The translations under genes were made by a program, and so were the position numbers. A DNA stretch of 64,000 nt from an uncultured Candidatus Saccharibacteria bacterium. GTDB taxonomy: Bacteria; Patescibacteriota; Minisyncoccia; 2-02-FULL-40-12; GWA2-44-9. Every line of letters starts with the position of its first letter. Position 1 is the stretch's first letter. The stretch lies in assembly GCA_964491455.1 (NCBI GenBank), contig CAZBFM010000001.1, positions 81,970-145,969 of the forward strand, read 5' to 3'. Positions 11,005-18,778 of the stretch are shown one piece after another. The notes below the pieces were generated by a model, which worked only from the letters and a program-made list of their open reading frames with translations, was not told where the DNA came from and ran no database searches.

Positions 11005-14000
11005 TGTTCTTCACGTAAAACAGCACACTTTCTGCTCGCTTAGGCAGTTCGATGGCGTCCTTGTCTGAGTGATTACTTACCTCTTTTGCAAGTGAGACGA
11101 GTTGTTTCAAGTTTTCGTTATATACCTCACCTTTGTTCTTCTGAGCCATTATTCTTCGTTTCAATTGACCGATGTCGCGACGATAGAAAACATCTTTTGT
11201 TTTGAACGCATCCCGAACGATATCAATTTCTAGCTCCGTATAACCAACTGAATGCATCAATCGAAGTATTTCATTCTCCTGGCCGATTAATGCGCCAATC
11301 TCTTCCTCACCAAAATATTGAACGACATGAGATTGGAGTTGCTCTTTTACCGCAATCTTATTTGCAGTTATCTTGTCTATTAATCGCTCGTTATCTTCGG
11401 GGGTAGTGCGCAACCACTCAATAGCCTGCAGTTGGGACGCTGCCTGTATTTGAGAACCGTCACGATCAATCTTTGCAAACTGAAATCCTACTTCTTCTCC
11501 AGATTCAGCAAACAAGCGGGCCATTCCAAAGACTTCAGGTTTATCCTGTCCACGAGAGCTATTGCCAGGCATCAGGGCCCACTTGCCAGCAGATATTTCG
11601 TAGATAGATTTCTTGTACTTTTCTGGGTAATTAGCGTTCGAATTAAATCTTTTTAGATCGAGAACAAATTCATCTTCAGAAAGCAGGAAGTCCGAAGCCT
11701 TTTCTGCGTCTTGAAGAGCTTGCATTCGTTTCTGAAAGTCAGCACTGTAAATATCACTCACTGAATCAGTGTATTCAATCGGGTTTTCTGGTTCATCGAG
11801 CACGGGCGTATCAGTGCCGATGGTATTCTTGATGATGTCGATCTTTCCTTGAAGTCGTTGAATCAGCTTGAGGTATGAGTCGAGCTTTGCCTCAGGCCGC
11901 ATATTATAGATGTATACTTCATCAAAGGTAGAGCCGAGACGGTTTACACGGCCATTTCTCTGAATCATACGCACTGGATTCCAGTGGAGATCGTAGTTGA
12001 TTAAAATACCTGAATCTTGAAGATTTTGACCTTCAGAGAGCACGTCCGTAGAGAATAGGTACTGTAGGGGGGTCTCTCCTTCTTTCAACTGGTACTTCTT
12101 CGATACAGGAGAGAACCGAGATGCAATGTTTTCTGCGTCGCTACGATTCTTTGATGATACGAAACCAGTGTTTGTGTGATTGATAGATGGTGCATATTTG
12201 CCGATGCTCTCTTCAAGGTAGTTGACGGTATCTGCGAAGTACGAGAACACGAGAACTTTTTTATCTGGTTGCTCTGTGCGTAGCTTTTCGAGGCGATCCG
12301 CAAAGCATTTGATCTTGGAGTCGTCTTTATTGAGAATCTCAAGTTGTTCACGAATAATCGCGACAAGCTCTTTCTCTTTTGCGAGATCTGCCTTGATAGT
12401 CGCTAGCTCGTAATTCTTGTCATCAATAACGTCGAGGGTATTTTCTTCCAGTAATTCCGCATCGATCTCTATATCTTCATCGCCTAAACTGATACTTAGT
12501 GCCTCAACATCATTGAGTGATACTATCTTCCCGTCTTTGATGCCCTTCTCGAAGAGCTCAAGCTTGTGCGCATATGTATCGAGAGATGATCGGAGTGCGC
12601 TCACCGATGATTCCATTCGCTTCAAGAAAACCGTTCGCAGGATACCGAAAATGCCGAGCTGTAAGAGAAGTCTTTTGCTCTGATCTGAACTAAGCCCGAT
12701 CTCTTTGATTTCGTCTCGTGTTTTACCGTAGTACTTACTCTGATACATCATCCAGCGATATGGAATGAAGCCGAGCATTAAGATCAACTGGAATACAAAG
12801 TACATCGGGTTTTCATCATCAAGAACCTCCTGGCCGACCCTCTTTGTTACGAGAGACAGTTGATCTGTAGGATGTTTGAGATCCTTACACTTCTCGACGA
12901 TCTCGTTGGGATCGAGGCTGTAAATAAGATTGAGGTCAAAAGACTTAGAGTCGACAGATTTTATCTTTGAAACAAGTTTCTTATCAAACTCGTACACCGT
13001 AACTTCGGGGATTACCTTGGGAAACTTTTTAGTCACACCATCGATGGTGAGTGATCCATATTCTTGCTCAATACCTTGTCGAGTACGACGAACAACAAAT
13101 GTACGGATAATTGGGGTCATTATCTGCTTGATGTAGTTGTAATCTATCTTTCCGTGACGCTTAAGATCCTGGTTGATCTTCTTTTTAAGGTTTTCGACTG
13201 CTTGATAGAAGCTGATTTGAACCGTCTGTTTTTGTTCGTCTGCAACCGTAACCTTGAGAACTTCTGCATCTCCACCAGTACCAAGAAGGATCTGGTTTGT
13301 AATATCGCTCAACTGGTTATTTATTGGCGTCGCAGTGAGGAGTAGAACGTGAGCTTTAGGATTGGCGCGTACCCATTCAAGTAATTGTCTAAACCGAGTA
13401 CCGCTCGTCTGGCGTAGGTTGTGGGATTCATCGATCACGAACAATGACACGCTGGCGATGCCATCGAGTTCTCTCTTCTGTTCAATCTCGTTGCTGTTTT
13501 GTAGGGTGTTTGGCCTGAGGCCAAACACGCCTTCGGAAGCGAGCTCTTTTTGCCATTGCTGAACTAGAGATTTTGGACAAATAACCTCTACTCGCTTTTT
13601 ACCCTCTGGGTTATCCAAGTACTGCTTCAATACGGTGATCGCTGTAGTTGTTTTTCCAAGACCAACCGAATCAGAAAGCATGGCTACGTTGTACTTACGC
13701 AGTCTTCGTAAGAGGGAGTGTACGTTTTTTTGCTGAAAATCGAAAAGAGTTTTGCCTTGTCCGCTCTTTACGGAATTGAGAGGATCATCTTGAATCTCTT
13801 CTTTGTAGAGTTCGTAGAGTGTCTTTATGTATGTCTCATATGGAGAATAAAGCATATCCCCGACAGGAGAGGATTCGAGAATCGCACCAAACTCCTCATT
13901 CCATCGCTCTGTAGTTTTGTCATTCCAAAGCTCGTCGAACCAAAACAGGTGTCCGATTTCTTGCGTCTCATTCTTCGGCTGGAATAGTACTACTCGATGA

Positions 14001-14479
14001 TCAGATTCAAGCGCATTGAGCTCGGAGTTATGCGTGAGGCCATTTTTTGTTAAGTTTGAAGATCCTATAATGCCAACTGCTTCATCTGATGCGTATGAGC
14101 CCAAGATAAAACATTTAGCATGTAAAAAGTTCTTGCGATATACGCGCACCTCTAGTTTTCCGTCAGAGATCCACTTCTTTATTTCGGTAACTACACCTCG
14201 TAGATCAGAATCAGGGGCAAGCATTGAAAGATCGAACTTGAAATCTTGATCTGGATAATCAAGTTCTGGTTGCTGGAGTTGATGGCGGGGGATGAGCGGT
14301 TCGCGTCCGATTAACAGTCGTATTTTTTCGAACTTCGTAAGGTGAGGCATCACGAGTCTCATCGCTTCAAGATCCCAATAACCAGTCGCGATAGAGATTT
14401 CATTGTGCGATTTGCTTGCCTCGATGAGAGTGTCGAGGAGGGTATTTCTTTGGTTGTCGATTATCTTGGGTAGTTTCAT
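10997..14479 (-). CDS. fusion protein: N-terminal single-HKD phospholipase-D-family nuclease domain plus SNF2/SF2 helicase
   Basis: HKD motif NFLHAKCFILGS...GSSNLTKNGL near aa 118-150. Helicase motif I DSVGLGKTTTA near aa 273, motif II VIDESHNLR, motif III LLLTATPINNQ, C-terminal helicase motifs VLVFSYFADTVNYL and LHWNPVRMIQRNGRVNRLGS. Its stop overlaps the MTase start by 8 nt. Confidence 0.8.
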   Translation of the reverse strand: MKLPKIIDNQRNTLLDTLIEASKSHNEISIATGYWDLEAMRLVMPHLTKFEKIRLLIGREPLIPRHQLQQPELDYPDQDFKFDLSMLAPDSDLRGVVTEIKKWISDGKLEVRVYRKNFLHAKCFILGSYASDEAVGIIGSSNLTKNGLTHNSELNALESDHRVVLFQPKNETQEIGHLFWFDELWNDKTTERWNEEFGAILESSPVGDMLYSPYETYIKTLYELYKEEIQDDPLNSVKSGQGKTLFDFQQKNVHSLLRRLRKYNVAMLSDSVGLGKTTTAITVLKQYLDNPEGKKRVEVICPKSLVQQWQKELASEGVFGLRPNTLQNSNEIEQKRELDGIASVSLFVIDESHNLRQTSGTRFRQLLEWVRANPKAHVLLLTATPINNQLSDITNQILLGTGGDAEVLKVTVADEQKQTVQISFYQAVENLKKKINQDLKRHGKIDYNYIKQIMTPIIRTFVVRRTRQGIEQEYGSLTIDGVTKKFPKVIPEVTVYEFDKKLVSKIKSVDSKSFDLNLIYSLDPNEIVEKCKDLKHPTDQLSLVTKRVGQEVLDDENPMYFVFQLILMLGFIPYRWMMYQSKYYGKTRDEIKEIGLSSDQSKRLLLQLGIFGILRTVFLKRMESSVSALRSSLDTYAHKLELFEKGIKDGKIVSLNDVEALSISLGDEDIEIDAELLEENTLDVIDDKNYELATIKADLAKEKELVAIIREQLEILNKDDSKIKCFADRLEKLRTEQPDKKVLVFSYFADTVNYLEESIGKYAPSINHTNTGFVSSKNRSDAENIASRFSPVSKKYQLKEGETPLQYLFSTDVLSEGQNLQDSGILINYDLHWNPVRMIQRNGRVNRLGSTFDEVYIYNMRPEAKLDSYLKLIQRLQGKIDIIKNTIGTDTPVLDEPENPIEYTDSVSDIYSADFQKRMQALQDAEKASDFLLSEDEFVLDLKRFNSNANYPEKYKKSIYEISAGKWALMPGNSSRGQDKPEVFGMARLFAESGEEVGFQFAKIDRDGSQIQAASQLQAIEWLRTTPEDNERLIDKITANKIAVKEQLQSHVVQYFGEEEIGALIGQENEILRLMHSVGYTELEIDIVRDAFKTKDVFYRRDIGQLKRRIMAQKNKGEVYNENLKQLVSLAKEVSNHSDKDAIELPKRAESVLFYVKNNE

Positions 14480-14483
14480 GAAA

Positions 14484-14657
14484 TTATTTTGTCTTACTTG
14501 CGTCTAAGAACCGTTCAAATTCTATTCGTGGGATTCGAAACTCTTTACCAATCTTGTGTGCCTTGAATCGTTTCGCCTTGATATAGCGATAGATAGTCAT
14601 GACATTTACTCGGAGTTTGTCGGCTAGTTCTTGAGCGGTATAGTAGCTCTTTTCCAT
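14484..14657 (-). CDS. excisionase-family helix-turn-helix DNA-binding protein (57 aa; not in the supplied ORF track)
   Basis: Translation MEKSYYTAQELADKLRVNVMTIYRYIKAKRFKAHKIGKEFRIPRIEFERFLDASKTK matches the Xis/AlpA/MerR-like excisionase HTH pattern; lies 4 nt upstream of the helicase start. Confidence 0.55.
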   Translation of the reverse strand: MEKSYYTAQELADKLRVNVMTIYRYIKAKRFKAHKIGKEFRIPRIEFERFLDASKTK

Positions 14658-14681
14658 ATGGTTAGTATACTTTACTTTGGT

Positions 14682-15803
14682 TTACACATCAAATCTTGGA
14701 AGTTTGTAACTTTCGAAGATATTGATCTGATTTTCGATGTCCATGACCCAGCTATGACAATCCGATCGTTGCTGCAGGCTGTTCAGCTGCTTAAGGCTAG
14801 ATGCAATACGATACCATGTTTGTTGATCGCAGATTGTTGCTATCTCCTTGCGCAATCCACGAATGCCATCCTGATCTCTTGATAGGGTAGCGAGACCTAC
14901 TTGGTAGATAGCTTCTTTTGGCGTAATCGCGCCGTTACTTCGGATTATCTTCTTGAGCGTAGCTTGCGGGCCACTGGCGGCATCATACAGGAATGCATTC
15001 TTTTCGATGACGAAGTAATTCCAATACATCTGGACTACCTTTCGCCAGAGATCTCTTCGAAAGATAGCTCTAAAGCTTGGGTTTGCCTCGAATCCCAGCT
15101 TTACCAATACAGCGGACATCTTGTTCTTGTTGACCAGCCGTACCTCGAAGCGCACGATCTCGGGTAGTGTACGTTTTATACTTGTATCTCTGAATAGTGA
15201 AAGCTGGAGAGGCAGGCGATCCTTCTCAACCGCTCGGCCGACAGAAAGTATTTTGTCTTCAGCGATTTTGTCATAGATCGCAAATGCATGTGACTTTGAG
15301 TGATACTGCAGAGCGTGGCCATTGTTTTTATATTGCTTCCTATCCATTTCCATTTTCTCCATGAGGTCTATCTTCGCTAATTCCGCGATGACGAAAGGAG
15401 CCCTGTATCCGCCCCCAATGACGATGTTCTTTGCTGGATGAATGGTAATGACAGTGGCATCGCGTATGCTTTGATCTGTAATCCGAATCGTTCTTCGCTT
15501 GAGGCATACCTGCAATCGCTCGACTACTTGTTCGAAGTCAGATTCTTCGACTTCGTCCACGCTATTTCCAAGCAGCATCTTTTGGACAGAGAACTGCATA
15601 TTGATCCACCATGCTTTGCCGCGACGATAGAGGGAGAACACGGGCATATAGATTCCTTGGCGCTTTTCGAGTGGAGTTGGATTGCTGTGATATTGAGCGA
15701 ATCCTCGTGGATCCATATTTGTCATGCTCTTGGTTGTGCCAAAATGCGACATATCTTCTATCTCAAACTGATGGCGGGGGAATGATAGGACGACGGTATC
15801 CAT
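14682..15803 (-). CDS. hypothetical protein of the island; possibly a replication-initiator or relaxase-like protein (unverified)
   Basis: 373-aa ORF lying just upstream of the excisionase gene on the same strand; AT-rich; no motif I can assign confidently. Confidence 0.45.
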   Translation of the reverse strand: MDTVVLSFPRHQFEIEDMSHFGTTKSMTNMDPRGFAQYHSNPTPLEKRQGIYMPVFSLYRRGKAWWINMQFSVQKMLLGNSVDEVEESDFEQVVERLQVCLKRRTIRITDQSIRDATVITIHPAKNIVIGGGYRAPFVIAELAKIDLMEKMEMDRKQYKNNGHALQYHSKSHAFAIYDKIAEDKILSVGRAVEKDRLPLQLSLFRDTSIKRTLPEIVRFEVRLVNKNKMSAVLVKLGFEANPSFRAIFRRDLWRKVVQMYWNYFVIEKNAFLYDAASGPQATLKKIIRSNGAITPKEAIYQVGLATLSRDQDGIRGLRKEIATICDQQTWYRIASSLKQLNSLQQRSDCHSWVMDIENQINIFESYKLPRFDV

Positions 15804-16036
15804 GTGAATTAGGAGTTATCGTTTGGTTTATACAATTGCGGGTTTATTCGCAGGTCTATCCGAAGGAGCAGATCAAACGCGCTGACGAGATTATCAGCGT
15901 CAAAGTCAACCCATTCGTAAGGTTGTTCTTTCGGTAGGTTGTCTTCTTTGGTCGGCTCTTCAAACATAAAACCTGATGGTTATGACATCAGGTTACGCTT
16001 GCTACGCTGCCTAGTATAAGAATTAATTGATACTAG

Positions 16037-16810
16037 TTAACTTCTTTTCCGCTTTTCGATTTGTCTGATTTTCCCAATATGGCCGTCATCGAGGAATACC
16101 CCAGTATCCGCAAGTTGTTTTCGGATTTGAGATAGCGACAGCTCACGTAATTCATAAATTCGATCGTTTATTTGCTGCTTCTTTTTAGTTCGGATTCCGT
16201 TGAGTAGCGTCTTCGTCGTGTCTCGATATGCAACAATGTCCTTCCAGTTTCTTGATATGAAATCCTTTAGTTGATTCTGAGTTGCCTCTGGGTTGATGAA
16301 AAGGGCAACAGGGTGGGTCTTGCTGATCTCATGAAAGTGCGCATACATGTGCTTCAAAAGTGTGTGATCAGTTTCGCTGTACCATGAAAGTTCGGAAGGT
16401 AAATGGTCGATTCTAAAGAGATCATCATGTTCGCTGCTGTATCTTAATGGCGCATCAATTATCTTATTAAAAATTAAATAGTATCTAAGTATCGATGCGA
16501 TGATCATGCTAGTTATCCCTTGTTGCCCCGTAAATGCCATACAAGTATTTATGATCCGAATAGAGGGATTCGGATTGTCTTTGCTGGGTGAAACAATTCT
16601 AACGGGGACATAGAAAAATGATTCTATTGGCTTTGTGATTTCAGCGGCATCGATTTCAAGGAATGGCATGCCACTCGGCGGTATTCCAAGGATCTCGCGG
16701 TAGTCCTTTATAAACTTAGCAACGGTATCCTTCCTGATGAATTCCTCAAAAAACTTGATCGTTTGCTGGGCGGACTTGCTAAGACCTTGGCGCGTAGTAG
16801 CGATCTTCAT
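16037..16810 (-). CDS. hypothetical protein
   Basis: 257-aa ORF with its own hairpin plus U-tract terminator at about 15975-15998 on the minus strand; AT-rich. Confidence 0.45.
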   Translation of the reverse strand: MKIATTRQGLSKSAQQTIKFFEEFIRKDTVAKFIKDYREILGIPPSGMPFLEIDAAEITKPIESFFYVPVRIVSPSKDNPNPSIRIINTCMAFTGQQGITSMIIASILRYYLIFNKIIDAPLRYSSEHDDLFRIDHLPSELSWYSETDHTLLKHMYAHFHEISKTHPVALFINPEATQNQLKDFISRNWKDIVAYRDTTKTLLNGIRTKKKQQINDRIYELRELSLSQIRKQLADTGVFLDDGHIGKIRQIEKRKRS

Positions 16811-16864
16811 GTGTCACTTTACATTACTTTACATTCCTAGTATTTTCAATAAGAAAAGTGATCT

Positions 16865-17608
16865 ATGAAAAAGGAGTTCAAAATAAAGGAACGCGGGCTC
16901 TACAAACCAGGTAGCGATGAACCCTTCAAGGTTAGCCGCTCTGGTATTGAGCTGTTCACGGAGTGTCCGTGCTGTTTTTATTTAAACAATCGAACTGGTA
17001 TTCGGCGACCCTCTGGCCCGCCATTCAACATCAACAAAGCGGTAGATACGCTTTTGAAGAAGGAGTTTAACGTTCACCGAGCAAATGCGACACCCCATCC
17101 ATATATGAAGCACTATGGCATTGATGCTGTGCCATTCCAGCACGAGATGATGAACGAATGGCGAGAGAACTTCAAAGGCGTTAGGTATCATCACAAGTCC
17201 ACGAATTTGCTTGTCACGGGCGCGGTTGACGATATTTGGGTCAATCTATCTGGGGAGCTCATTGTGGTTGATTACAAGGCGACCTCAAAGAACGAGGAGG
17301 TGAGCTTGGACGCGGATTGGCAGATGAGTTATAAGCGTCAGATGGAAGTGTATCAGTGGCTTTTGCGCCAACTTGGATTCAAAGTTTCGAATACTGGATA
17401 TTTTGTATACTGCAATGGAAGAGCCGACGCGGTGGCATTTGATGGTAAAGTTGAGTTTGATGTGGTGCTTTTGCCCTATGAGGGTAATGACGGCTGGATT
17501 GAGGATGCGCTCATCCAACTCAAAAAGTGCCTGGACAACCCCGAGACACCCGCGCCAACGAGTGACTGCGAGTTCTGCGGGTACGCTCAAGCTCGCTGCC
17601 ATGTCTAA
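16865..17608 (+). CDS. Cas4/RecB-like PD-(D/E)xK nuclease with Fe-S cluster cysteines
   Basis: D...E-x-K core AVDDIW...LIVVDYKATSK; one N-terminal Cys cluster ECPCCFY plus C-terminal C-x2-C-x6-C (CEFCGYAQARC) as in Cas4/AddB-type Fe-S nucleases. Confidence 0.7.
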   Translation: MKKEFKIKERGLYKPGSDEPFKVSRSGIELFTECPCCFYLNNRTGIRRPSGPPFNINKAVDTLLKKEFNVHRANATPHPYMKHYGIDAVPFQHEMMNEWRENFKGVRYHHKSTNLLVTGAVDDIWVNLSGELIVVDYKATSKNEEVSLDADWQMSYKRQMEVYQWLLRQLGFKVSNTGYFVYCNGRADAVAFDGKVEFDVVLLPYEGNDGWIEDALIQLKKCLDNPETPAPTSDCEFCGYAQARCHV

Positions 17609-17972
17609 TCGCTTCGGCATCCCACTCGAAGTTGAAAACAGGCTTCGAGCTCGTGATAAGTATTGCGTTTACTGCGGAAAGAAGATGGCTGCATGGTCTG
17701 TTCGAAATAGCAAAGATGATGAGACCATTGAACATTTTAGAGAAAAGGGCCCGTTTTATTGGAGGGGACATCCGAAAGCTGACATAAATAATGAACTGAA
17801 AGAAGATGACTTGGCCATATGCTGTCGTAGTTGCAATTCAAGTCGTAGTAGGTGGAAGTTGCACGATTGGTTCACGAGGCCTTATTGCAAAAATAGAGAG
17901 AGACCGATAGATGAAGGATCAGTTGCTGAACCAGTCAAGCAGTATATCCGACGGCTAGGTTTAGCAGCCTGA
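17601..17972 (+). CDS. HNH endonuclease-domain protein
   Basis: CVYCGKK...H and CCRSCNSSR zinc-finger-like HNH signature; ATG at 17601 overlaps the upstream gene by 8 nt, suggesting translational coupling. Confidence 0.65.
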   Translation: MSNRFGIPLEVENRLRARDKYCVYCGKKMAAWSVRNSKDDETIEHFREKGPFYWRGHPKADINNELKEDDLAICCRSCNSSRSRWKLHDWFTRPYCKNRERPIDEGSVAEPVKQYIRRLGLAA

Positions 17973-18025
17973 TACAGATCTGGGCTGTCATTTATCTTTG
18001 CGCATTCAGAGAGTATAGTCGTGAT

Positions 18026-18778
18026 ATGAAACGCTCAGTGATTATCGAAATACTTACACTGGTCGTTCTGATTGTCCTTTTGCTCACCATATCGGAGCAG
18101 AGCAAGCATATATTTCTCTACGCATGGGAGCGGCCAGAGGACTTTTCTTTTTTGAAAAATGTTCCTGAGCGTAGTCGTCCGACCATCATCGTTTTCTCAG
18201 GAGCCATATCAGTGCGTCGTGATGGTCTGTCTTTTTCGCAGCGGAGCAATCCCTTAAAGCTCCCAGAGGGTACTCGAGTAATACCGCTTATTCGAATTGA
18301 TAGCTACGTCAGTTCAGCTTCATTCGCGAGCTACTTAGATTCGATCGCTCAGCTCGTTGTGAGGGTCTGCGGTGGGAGCGCTGAGTGCCAGTTAGACTTC
18401 GATGATGCTCGCCCAAGCGATTTCGAGAGGTATGGGGCACTTATCGAGCGCATTGCTGCTGAGATCCCAGAGACCTCGTTAAAAATGACCGCACTCGCCA
18501 CTTGGTGTGGAGGGCAAAGCTGGCTCGATTCGCTACCAGTCGCCAAAGCGATACCTATGCTGTATCGTATGGGCATCGGTTCTCGGGCGATCAAGGCAGG
18601 GGATGTACCATCAGGATTTCTTTCGAATGCGAAGTGCCGCGGCGTTCGGGCTGTTGCTATGGATGAATTAGATTTTGATGTTCAACGATACGGAAACGAT
18701 TCTACGGAATGGTACGCATTTAATCCTCGCCCCTGGACAAGGACAGACTACGATAAATTACTCTCCGCACTTCGATGA
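18026..18778 (+). CDS. hypothetical membrane-anchored protein
   Basis: N-terminal TM helix IIEILTLVVLIVLLLTI; stop overlaps the start of the next gene (ATGA). Confidence 0.5.
   Translation: MKRSVIIEILTLVVLIVLLLTISEQSKHIFLYAWERPEDFSFLKNVPERSRPTIIVFSGAISVRRDGLSFSQRSNPLKLPEGTRVIPLIRIDSYVSSASFASYLDSIAQLVVRVCGGSAECQLDFDDARPSDFERYGALIERIAAEIPETSLKMTALATWCGGQSWLDSLPVAKAIPMLYRMGIGSRAIKAGDVPSGFLSNAKCRGVRAVAMDELDFDVQRYGNDSTEWYAFNPRPWTRTDYDKLLSALR

Noticed and set aside
17373-17600. N-terminal extension of the HNH gene in the ORF track (17373 start)
   Set aside because: It overlaps the Cas4-like gene in another frame for more than 200 nt. The ATG at 17601 gives a compact HNH protein with 8-nt coupling to the upstream stop.
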